Shown piece after piece: positions 29,057 through 37,764 of a stretch of DNA of 64,000 nt. How positions within the stretch are numbered: the stretch's first letter is position 1; each line of letters begins with the position of its first letter. The DNA lies in the NCBI GenBank assembly GCA_964016885.1, contig OZ024743.1, forward strand, positions 313,658,001 through 313,722,000, given 5' to 3'. The DNA comes from Eledone cirrhosa (taxonomy: Eukaryota). The notes beneath the pieces are model-generated. The model did not search any database and was not told the DNA's origin. It was given only the letters and a program-made list of their open reading frames with translations. The position numbers were made by a program, and so were the translations under genes.

Positions 29057-31605
29057 CCTTGAATCTCAGTCATTGATGTTGGTTAACTGGAAAGTCCGTT
29101 GGAATGAATATCAAGCCACTACCTGCAGCCTCAGATATTCAGGACGTATCGGAGGGTTCTTGCTGTTCCAAGCAAGCATGCCTTTTGAAGCGTTCCAAAA
29201 AGCGTGAAGGGGCCGATTTTCTTTAACCATACCTGGAAACTTTTGGAGAGAGTCCCCAGTGCGCCTATGACAATCGGGATCACTTTGACTTCATGGCAGT
29301 TCCAAATCCTTTTCACATCCCACTTTAGGTCCTGGTATCGGTTAATTTTCTCCCTCTCCTTCTCTTGCACTCTCGTGTCGAACGGGCAGGCCACATCCAC
29401 AATCAGACACGATCTTTTTTCTTTGTCCACAACCACCAGGTCAGGTCTATTGTGTTCCAGTTTTTTGTTCGTCTGTATCCTAAAATCCCACAGCACCTTC
29501 ACCTGATTGTTTTCCATCACCGCCTCTGGCCTATGCTCATACCATTTCTCAGAATGTGGTAAATTGTTTACTTTGCACAGGTGCCAGTGGATCACCCTGC
29601 CCATCACATCGTGTCTCCAGCCCTTATAGTGGGTCTGGGCTAGGTGTTTACACTCGGACACAATGTGAGCCACAGTCTCCTCTCTCTCTCCACAGATCCT
29701 GCACAGTGGGCTAGCCTCCTCCTTGTAAATATGGTGCTTCAACCACTTCGTTTTGAGGGCCTGCTCCTGCGCAGCCATTAGCATTCCTTCTGTAGCCTTT
29801 TTGAGGTCTCCTCTTCTCAACCAGTTCCATGTCTGTGGATCTCTAAATTCAGTTTTCTCAAAGAAGGTACTATGAAGGGATTTTCCCTTAAGGCTGCTCT
29901 TCCTCCTTGATGTTATTTCCTCCTTGGACATCCCCTGGCCTACTGTCTCCTCCTTCAGTACAGTTCTGAGCATTGGCTCCTTACTATAGGTCACGTATTT
30001 GTATAGGTTGTTTTGCTCCATCTGAACACAGTCCTCTATGCTGATAAGACCTCTTCCACCCTCAGATCTCCTTAGGTAGAGTCTATCGACATCACTCCTC
30101 TTGTGGAACATGTTGTAGATAGTCAATAGCTTCCTAGTCTTCCTATCCATTTCTTTTTGTTCAGCAACATTCCATCTCAGAATTCCCGCACTGTACCTAA
30201 TAATAGACACAGCTCGGGAATTTGCTGCGCTTATGGCATTTCTGCTGTTCAGATGTGACTTCAATACGCTCCTTATTCTCCGAATGTATTCAGTTCTTAA
30301 CAATTCCTTCATTTTTTTGTTCTTTATGCCATCAGCCTCCAGAACGCCCAAATACTTGTATCCTTCCTGAGAGTCAATTTCCTTTATCATCTCACCTGTT
30401 GGTATCTGGATCCCGTTACTTCTGCTCAACCTACCCCTCCTCATCACAATGACTCCACATTTACTAATACCAAACTGCATACATAGATCACTGCTGAAAA
30501 TACGAACAGTGTCAACAAGCACATCCAACTCCTTCTCACTTTTCCCGAAGAGCTTAAGATCGTCCATGAAGAGGAGGTGATTGATGGTAAGCTCTCCCTT
30601 TCCCAACTTGTATCCTGCTCTCACTTTTCGCAGCATAATGGTCAAGGGCATCAGGGCAAGGACAAACAACAGAGGGGACAGGCTATCTCCCTGGAAGATA
30701 CCTCTCTTGATCTTCACGCTTCCCAAGGATACTCCAGTTGACGTCAACTCTGTCTCCCAGGACCCCATACTCCTGCCCAGCAACTGTCTGATGTTATCTG
30801 CCACCCTGAAGATCTCCAGGCTTTTGGTGATCCAAGAATGAGGCACCATGTCAAATGCCTTTCTGTAGTCTATCCATCCCATGGCAAGATCAGTGTGTCT
30901 CCTCCTGCAGTTCCCCATTACCATCTTATCAATAAGCAACTGGTCCTTTGTACCACGTGACTTCTTTCGGCATCCTTTCTGTTCGTCCGGCAACAAGTTG
31001 TTTGTGTGGAGGTGATGGTAGATTTCCTCAGACACAATGCTCGTCAACAGTTTCCACATTACGGGCAGACATGTGATAGGTCTATAGTTGGTAACATCAT
31101 TACCCTTGATTCGGTCTTTCATTATCAGAACTGTGGTACGTTTTGTCAACCACTCTGGCACCTCACCCGACACCAAGCAGTCATTGAACATGGCCGTCAG
31201 CTTCGGGTGGAGGGATGTTAAATTTTTAATCCAATACCCCTGCACACCATCTGGGCCTGGTGATTTCCAGTTGGTTAGTTTTTTGGCCTGCCCCTTAAGA
31301 GTTTCAACTGTGATACTCAAATCAGTTTGTTGGTGTGCCTGCTCACCGATCTCCCTCTGTACTGTCTCAATCCACCCTGCCTGGACATTATGTCTAACAT
31401 CCTGCTCCCATATTCCTCTCCAGAATGTTTTAGTTTGCTCCGCCCCAGGGATCAAGTCGTTGCCTCTTTCTTTCCCCTCAAGCTGTCCAAACAGCATCTT
31501 CTGGTTGTTGTCGAACATGCGGTTCTGTTTATACTGACTGATTCTGTTCTCGTATCGCCTGATTTTTGCACTCTTTGCTACAATGCGTTGCTTCAGTTCC
31601 TCTAT
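29057..31605 (-). mobile_element. 5'-truncated R4/Dong-type element, family 1, open reading frame retained
   Basis: Near-identical to 41463-44000; 5' junction runs into (ATT)n through TAT microhomology. Confidence 0.93.
29131..31605 (-). CDS. R4/Dong polyprotein, N-terminally truncated: RT, CCHC finger, PD-(D/E)xK endonuclease
   Basis: KSPGPDG, NYRPITCL, IDYRKAFD, GIFQGDSLSP, LLFMDD, CRIC..ETVAHIVSEC, RHD, RPD; the MQIIII start is a microsatellite artefact. Confidence 0.88.
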   Translation of the reverse strand: MEELKQRIVAKSAKIRRYENRISQYKQNRMFDNNQKMLFGQLEGKERGNDLIPGAEQTKTFWRGIWEQDVRHNVQAGWIETVQREIGEQAHQQTDLSITVETLKGQAKKLTNWKSPGPDGVQGYWIKNLTSLHPKLTAMFNDCLVSGEVPEWLTKRTTVLIMKDRIKGNDVTNYRPITCLPVMWKLLTSIVSEEIYHHLHTNNLLPDEQKGCRKKSRGTKDQLLIDKMVMGNCRRRHTDLAMGWIDYRKAFDMVPHSWITKSLEIFRVADNIRQLLGRSMGSWETELTSTGVSLGSVKIKRGIFQGDSLSPLLFVLALMPLTIMLRKVRAGYKLGKGELTINHLLFMDDLKLFGKSEKELDVLVDTVRIFSSDLCMQFGISKCGVIVMRRGRLSRSNGIQIPTGEMIKEIDSQEGYKYLGVLEADGIKNKKMKELLRTEYIRRIRSVLKSHLNSRNAISAANSRAVSIIRYSAGILRWNVAEQKEMDRKTRKLLTIYNMFHKRSDVDRLYLRRSEGGRGLISIEDCVQMEQNNLYKYVTYSKEPMLRTVLKEETVGQGMSKEEITSRRKSSLKGKSLHSTFFEKTEFRDPQTWNWLRRGDLKKATEGMLMAAQEQALKTKWLKHHIYKEEASPLCRICGEREETVAHIVSECKHLAQTHYKGWRHDVMGRVIHWHLCKVNNLPHSEKWYEHRPEAVMENNQVKVLWDFRIQTNKKLEHNRPDLVVVDKEKRSCLIVDVACPFDTRVQEKEREKINRYQDLKWDVKRIWNCHEVKVIPIVIGALGTLSKSFQVWLKKIGPFTLFGTLQKACLLGTARTLRYVLNI

Positions 31606-31767
31606 TATTATTATTATTATTATTATTTGCATTTATCTTGCTTTATGTTTATACGAGTTATCACCAAGTCACAACCAGTGACCTCAAGAGACAACAAGGT
31701 CCGCCATGTTCAAGAAAGAACACACATATTCACACATGCATCCTTAGTGTTTAGACTTGTGATGTAC

Positions 31768-34700
31768 TTATATTGACAGGATCTTCCTTAGTATATGGGC
31801 AGTTTCCATTAGTACTATCTTTTGTATTTCTCCTATACGCGGGTTTCCTGGGATTTGCGATAAGTAGTCGTTAGACCCCTTAGGTATCATTCCCCGAGCG
31901 CCTACAACCACTGGTATTGTTTTAGTTCTCAATTTCCACATTTTTCCAATTTCTATCTCCAGGTCCTTATACTTGCTCAATTTTTCAAATGTTTTTATAG
32001 ATACATTCTTGTCTATTGGAACAGACATATCAATTAGCAGGCATACCCTCCTTTGAAAGTCCTTCAATATTATATCAGGTCTATTTGCATCTATTTTTCG
32101 GTCTGTTTGGATGCTAAAGTTCCACAAGATTGAGATGTGATCTTTTTCAAGTATGGGAGGTGGTTGATGCTCCCACCAATTCTTTTGATGGGGCAGGTCA
32201 AAATGCTTACACATTATCCAATGTATGTATTGTGCAGCTCTGTCATGCCTGTTTAGGTATCCGGTTGGAGCTATAGGACTGCACATTGAAATTATATGGT
32301 CAATGGTCTCTGGTTGTTTTTTGCAAACACGGCATAATGGGCTGCACCCATTTTTTATTATGTTGGCTTGGTAATTTTTTGTTGGCAGACACTGATCTTG
32401 CGCGGATATAATCAGTCCTTCAGTCTCCGATTTCAGTCCAGAGGATGCCAACCACTGATGGGTTAAAGTTTTGTCAACATCAGGATTGTTAGCTCGCTCT
32501 GGGTATTTTCCATACAGAGGCTTTTCTTGCCATTTCTTAGCCAGTTTCTGTAGCAGTTCTTTCTTTGCAGTTACTTTTACCTGCTTTGCTTTTTCTGTGT
32601 TTTCCATTTCAGCAGTAAATGGGACTTCTGAAATTTGTAGTCCATTACTGTATCTTTGTGCATCTTTTGTAATCGAATATGATCTTTTGGTGCTTTCGTG
32701 TTTCAAAACGAGTTTGATCATCCAATCATGTGATTCCCTTAGATATGTGGATAATCCAATTGTTGCAGTTTTCAACGCAATGTCTAACTGGATTAACCCA
32801 CGTCCTCCTTCTTTCCTAGGGAGATATATTCTATCTATGTCTGCCTTAGGGTGATGCATTCTGTGCATGGTTAAGAATTTTCGGATTTTTGTATCGAGCC
32901 TACGGATCTCTGTGCTTGACCAGTTGATGACATTGTAACTGTAGGTTACTACTGGTATGGCAAGCGTGTTTATGGCATCGATCCTATTCCTTGCATTCAA
33001 TTCCGTTCTTAAGATTGCTCTGACTCTGCGGTAACATTCCTTCCTTATCCTTTCCCTCAGTGTCGAGTGCTTGATTCCGTCTCCTTCACAAACACCTAGA
33101 TATTTGTAAGTTTGTTCTTGATCAAGCTCTCTTATCACGTTCCCCCGATCAAGATTAATGTCTGAACTCTTCAGCAGCTTTCCTCTGGTGAACGTTGCTT
33201 TGGCGCATTTATCCAGTCCAAACTCCATTTTAATGTCATCACTGAACTGCTTCACAGTGGATAATAGCCCTTGCAATTGTTCATCATTTTTTGCGAATAG
33301 TTTCAGGTCATCCATGTAGAACAGGTGATTAATGGTTTTGTCATAGACTCTATATCCATGTTTTGTTTCATTGAGCATTTTACTTAATGGTATAAGTGCG
33401 ATGCAGAATAAAAGCGGTGATAAAGAGTCACCCTGAAAAATTCCACAATTAATGTTAACTTCTCCAGCTTCCAGTGATTTTGTTTCACTATTCAAAAGGA
33501 GTGTCGTTCTCCATGTCCTCATACTGAATGACAAAAACCTCCTGACAACGGGGGATATTTTGAAAATCTCTAAACATTTTTCAATCCAACTGTGTGGCAA
33601 ACTATCAAATGCTTTTTTATAATCTATCCAAGCAATCGATAGATTTTTGTGTCTATTATGACAATCTTCCAGTATCATTTTGTTAACCAGAAGCTGATCC
33701 TTACAGCCATATGAGCCTCGTTTACACCCTTTCTGCTCAATGGGAAATAGGTCATTTGTTATCAGGTGGTCATATGTGTATTCAGTTAGGACTGATGTTA
33801 AAATTTTATACATTGTGGTCAAGCAGGTTATCGGTCTGTAATTTTTGGGATTGTTTGTCTCATCATTCTTCGGTAGCAGGAATGTAATGCCGTTAACTAG
33901 CCATGATGGTATCTTTTCTGGCTCCTTAACTATTTCATTGTAAAGTTGGGCCAACAGCTCATGAGACTCTGTGAAGGCATTTATCCAAAAGTTTTGTATT
34001 TTGTCTTTTCCTGGGGATTTCCATTTGCTGGTTTTTCTTAGAGCCAAGCGCAGCTGTTCAACTGTTATATTTTCCCATGTTTGTTCTTCAAGGTGAGCTG
34101 TTTCTTTCATTTGTCTGTCTATCCATGGGGCATGTATGTTATGAACTTTTTCTTCGGCCCAGATCTTTTCCCAGAATTCTTGCACTTCCTCCTTGGGTGG
34201 TATTGATTTAGCAGTTATTGTTGACTTACCAATTTTTCTGTAGAAGTTTCTTTGGTTGTTTTTGAACATATTATTGTCCTTATAGAATCTAGATCGTTTT
34301 TCAAAGCGCCTTATACGAGCAGCTTTGGCCGACACTTTTTGCTTGATTGATTCTATCAGCATGTCTATGTCACATGTTGATCTTATACTGTACTTTTTTT
34401 TCAATTTTCTAAGTTTAGTTTGTTTAACATGTTCACCTACTTTATAGTTTGTTAAAATTTCTATGTCAGATCGGAGAAGGTTTATTTGGCGATTGATGTT
34501 ATCTTGCCAAGTAGATTTCTTGTGGGAATTCCTTTGTTTTTTCATCTTCACTCCACATAAGTGAGTGGTGACTTTAGCCGATGCATAATAGAGATGATTT
34601 AAGTCAGTAATGTTTATTTTGTTTGTGATGATAATGTTTTTGAGAATTATGTTAGTCTTGTGTATTATCTTTTGGTTCTGTTTGGAGTTCTGGATCTTAG

Positions 34701-35418
34701 GGAGGGTGTCTCGTTCCCCCATGTCAGTTTCTTTCATTTTCATCCATTCGATCATAATTTCATCCTTCAAGTTGGCAAGTTCATTCTCATTCATTTCTTT
34801 ATCATTTACGATCTCATTATTTTCATTTGGGGTTTCATCCTGAGCATGCACTCCCTCCACTTTTTCGCTCCTTTCTTTAATTTGTTCTGTTGCCAGTGAT
34901 TCCGCCCCAACTCTGGGATTCGAAGTGTTACAGTTTACCTCGTTTTCACTGACACATGCTTCATTTTCCCTTCGCTGACTTTGTGCTACTAGCTTGATCT
35001 GATCAATTTCTATATCAGTTAGTAACATTTTTCTTACAATATTTCTTCGTATATTGGCTAGTTTGTTACTGTCAATATAGCCTCTGTTTTCGGGATGTTT
35101 CTTTTTCCAGTTGATATATGTTTGCTCTGTATTCGATGTATTTGATGGGTAGTACATGGCAGTGTAGAAAGCCTCAAGGACTTCTTTATTATCTTCCCTT
35201 GACCATTTTTCTCTCTTTTTCTTTGGATTTCTTGGTGGTGAGCATGGAGGGCCAACAGTAGGAGTATTCCGGTTATGGGAGGTCTCCAGCTCCGAAGTGA
35301 TGGGAAGGTTTGAACCATTAGCTGATTTTTCGACCCCAGTCTGGTTCCTCTCTGAGGGACGCGGCCCTTTTTTACCCGGGTGACGGCCGATCCGGTATGA
35401 GATTTCATCATTAGACAT
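31768..35418 (-). CDS. R4/Dong-type polyprotein (1216 aa): N-terminal Myb-like region, RT, CCHC finger, restriction-like endonuclease
   Basis: KWSREDNKEVLEAFY, IDYKKAFD, GIFQGDSLSP, LFYMDD, CRVC..ETIDHIISMC, RHD, RPD..LIDMSVP..EKLSKY. Confidence 0.95.
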   Translation of the reverse strand: MSNDEISYRIGRHPGKKGPRPSERNQTGVEKSANGSNLPITSELETSHNRNTPTVGPPCSPPRNPKKKREKWSREDNKEVLEAFYTAMYYPSNTSNTEQTYINWKKKHPENRGYIDSNKLANIRRNIVRKMLLTDIEIDQIKLVAQSQRRENEACVSENEVNCNTSNPRVGAESLATEQIKERSEKVEGVHAQDETPNENNEIVNDKEMNENELANLKDEIMIEWMKMKETDMGERDTLPKIQNSKQNQKIIHKTNIILKNIIITNKINITDLNHLYYASAKVTTHLCGVKMKKQRNSHKKSTWQDNINRQINLLRSDIEILTNYKVGEHVKQTKLRKLKKKYSIRSTCDIDMLIESIKQKVSAKAARIRRFEKRSRFYKDNNMFKNNQRNFYRKIGKSTITAKSIPPKEEVQEFWEKIWAEEKVHNIHAPWIDRQMKETAHLEEQTWENITVEQLRLALRKTSKWKSPGKDKIQNFWINAFTESHELLAQLYNEIVKEPEKIPSWLVNGITFLLPKNDETNNPKNYRPITCLTTMYKILTSVLTEYTYDHLITNDLFPIEQKGCKRGSYGCKDQLLVNKMILEDCHNRHKNLSIAWIDYKKAFDSLPHSWIEKCLEIFKISPVVRRFLSFSMRTWRTTLLLNSETKSLEAGEVNINCGIFQGDSLSPLLFCIALIPLSKMLNETKHGYRVYDKTINHLFYMDDLKLFAKNDEQLQGLLSTVKQFSDDIKMEFGLDKCAKATFTRGKLLKSSDINLDRGNVIRELDQEQTYKYLGVCEGDGIKHSTLRERIRKECYRRVRAILRTELNARNRIDAINTLAIPVVTYSYNVINWSSTEIRRLDTKIRKFLTMHRMHHPKADIDRIYLPRKEGGRGLIQLDIALKTATIGLSTYLRESHDWMIKLVLKHESTKRSYSITKDAQRYSNGLQISEVPFTAEMENTEKAKQVKVTAKKELLQKLAKKWQEKPLYGKYPERANNPDVDKTLTHQWLASSGLKSETEGLIISAQDQCLPTKNYQANIIKNGCSPLCRVCKKQPETIDHIISMCSPIAPTGYLNRHDRAAQYIHWIMCKHFDLPHQKNWWEHQPPPILEKDHISILWNFSIQTDRKIDANRPDIILKDFQRRVCLLIDMSVPIDKNVSIKTFEKLSKYKDLEIEIGKMWKLRTKTIPVVVGARGMIPKGSNDYLSQIPGNPRIGEIQKIVLMETAHILRKILSI

Positions 35419-35512
35419 CTACTTTATTTTGTCGCGTTTTATCCTTATCCGCCAAGGGGTAATCTTTTCGTGTTACCACTTCTAGAACGAGTGTCAACCA
35501 AGACTAGAGGGG

Positions 35513-35627
35513 TCGTTCTCCCCTAGAGACATGGCTCGTTCTCCCCTAGAGACATGGCTCGTTCTCCCCTAGAGACATGGCTCGTTCTCCCCTAGAGACA
35601 TGGCTCGTTCTCCCCTAGAGACATGGC
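35513..35627 (-). repeat. Five perfect tandem copies of a 23-nt unit at the 5' end of R4/Dong family 2
   Basis: tcgttctcccctagagacatggc x5 on +. Confidence 0.95.
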
Positions 35628-35662
<35 letters not shown>

Positions 35663-35872
35663 GACGAAAGTGGATGTACGTTTTTTGAAGCTCCGTGAGT
35701 AAGCAATTTTTGAGGATTAATTGTAGAGAATTGTTTATTTTTTGTACCGCTGAAGCATTATAAGACATTAATTTGTATCCTGTGAAGGAATAACTCATAA
35801 TATTTGGGCCTTTTGGCCCAAATATTTGAACTTTATTTTGAAAAAAAATAATAATTTTTTTCTCAAAAAAAC

Positions 35873-37735
35873 ATGGCGGAGCCACGCCCCCTAGAGGCGG
35901 GTCTGCTGTCGTGCAACGGCGACTTGAGCGTTGAGAGGAGAGGTGAGGCGAGGAGCGCCACCAGCACGAATGTGAGCAGCGACAGTGCCAGCACCAACGG
36001 GCCGAGCGGCGCGGAAGGTGGTAACAGCGACAACACCAACACCAACAAGCCGAACAGCGCAGAAGGTGGTAATAGCGAGAGCACCAACAAGGCCAACAGC
36101 ACAGAAGGTAACCACGACACAGGGGAGAACAACAACAGCAATAGCAGCAGCAACACCAACAAGAACAACAACAGTGACAACACCAACAAGAACACTTTCG
36201 CTGCTGTGGCAGCGGCTAAAAGGAGACCATGCTACAGCATCGACTTAACCAACAGAGAGGAAAAGTTGGCCCAGGCCTGGAAAATCATAAATCAAGAGCA
36301 GACCTGGGCAAACTTAACTGTCCCGGCAGAAGCCATTGAGGCAGTGGAAAAAAGAACGGTGCATTTCAGATGCATCTCAGTAGAGACAAAGAGGGCAGCG
36401 ATAATCGCCCAAGCTGACATAGAAGCCGCACTGAAACACATCAGAGAGGACACAGACTTCATAGAGAGGGGCAGGCAATACGGCACCGTTTCGGTGCTGT
36501 TCAAGTCTGAAGCCCTCGCTGTGAAGCATTCAATGACCCCTTGCAAAACCAGCAAGGTCATAATGTACCCCTCCCACATGGGAAAACGAATAGCACGTGT
36601 GCGCATTCCCAGGATTCCACCAGGACTTGATATGTGGTGGCTCCTGGGTTGCGTAATCGTGGAAGGAACGGATACAGTCCCGGTAGAGGCAACGAGAACT
36701 GCCAGGGACGACTGGTCCGGGGTTGATCTGGAGATACTGCTCCAAATCAGACCCGAAAACGTAAAAACAATCCCGGACCACATCCGCCTCCAAAACGGGA
36801 GGGTGTTGCATATAATGACTGAGGGCAAAAGGCCGCATTGTTTCCTTTGTGGGGAAACGACACACTTGCGAGCCTTCTGCCCTCAACTGCCGAAAAGCGC
36901 AAGGGGTCGAAAGATTCCACTGCTGGCGACGCCGGGACAAGGACCACCAGCAACACCGTCAACAATGGAACCACCAAAATTGCACACCCAGGGGGGAAAC
37001 GAGGAAAGCTCTCCCATTCCCCCTCCCCCCCAAAATACACACACGAACAAGAACATAAACACTCACTCAGACACAAACACGCTCACAGCCACAGACCCCT
37101 CATCCTCCAGCAGTGAAGATGAGGGAAAACCAAAGTCCCCCAAAATACAAAAAACAAAACACAAAAAAAAAAGAAATCCACAAAGCACAAACACCCCCAC
37201 AAAAAAAAATACACACACCACCCACACAAACATTTTCCCCACAGCATCACCAACACAACCACCAAAATCCCCCAAACGCAAACAAGCTAAACAGACACAA
37301 GAACAAATAGACACACAAACATCAGAAACTACAGACACCCCACCCACAACAAACGCAGACACAATAGAAACAACACTAACAAAGCTATCACCACCACAAT
37401 CACACGAACAAATAAAACCCGAGCAACAAAACATTAAAAACTTCGTGCTTGCCAGAAGGGCCAACAAGGAATTGATGGCCCATGTAGCACGAAGCACAAA
37501 CATCGAAAAAGACGGGGAAACATTTGAAGCGAGCACATTTCGCGTACCAGATAATTTGCTTCTGATGCGAATGTCGCTCGCTTCATACAAAGAAATTCGA
37601 AAGAGCTTTCCTCGGGATGTGGGAACCCCGAACGTAAAACCCACGTCAAGACTATTAAAGGGGTTCCCAAAAGAAACCCCACAAACCATGGAGGTCGAAC
37701 CACCCGACCTTCACAAGACCCCGGAAGGTAAGTAA
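35873..37735 (+). CDS. Tx1 ORF1 nucleic-acid-binding protein with CCHC knuckle
   Basis: 620 aa, FAAVAA motif, CFLCGETTHLRAFC, low-complexity linkers. Confidence 0.9.
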   Translation: MAEPRPLEAGLLSCNGDLSVERRGEARSATSTNVSSDSASTNGPSGAEGGNSDNTNTNKPNSAEGGNSESTNKANSTEGNHDTGENNNSNSSSNTNKNNNSDNTNKNTFAAVAAAKRRPCYSIDLTNREEKLAQAWKIINQEQTWANLTVPAEAIEAVEKRTVHFRCISVETKRAAIIAQADIEAALKHIREDTDFIERGRQYGTVSVLFKSEALAVKHSMTPCKTSKVIMYPSHMGKRIARVRIPRIPPGLDMWWLLGCVIVEGTDTVPVEATRTARDDWSGVDLEILLQIRPENVKTIPDHIRLQNGRVLHIMTEGKRPHCFLCGETTHLRAFCPQLPKSARGRKIPLLATPGQGPPATPSTMEPPKLHTQGGNEESSPIPPPPQNTHTNKNINTHSDTNTLTATDPSSSSSEDEGKPKSPKIQKTKHKKKRNPQSTNTPTKKNTHTTHTNIFPTASPTQPPKSPKRKQAKQTQEQIDTQTSETTDTPPTTNADTIETTLTKLSPPQSHEQIKPEQQNIKNFVLARRANKELMAHVARSTNIEKDGETFEASTFRVPDNLLLMRMSLASYKEIRKSFPRDVGTPNVKPTSRLLKGFPKETPQTMEVEPPDLHKTPEGK

Positions 37736-37764
37736 ACCTTTCCTCTCCCATTCATCCTGCCAGC

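Larger units (their letters stand above)
31628..35627 (-). mobile_element. Full-length intact R4/Dong-type element, family 2
   Basis: Single long ORF, distinct UTRs, (ATT)n on both sides. Confidence 0.93.

Noticed and set aside
35513-35627. CRISPR-like repeat
   Set aside because: Units are contiguous with no spacers; eukaryotic retroelement context
37728-37763. Micro-intron fusing Tx1 ORF1 and ORF2
   Set aside because: 36-nt removal leaves ORF2 out of frame, and copy C has no matching AG
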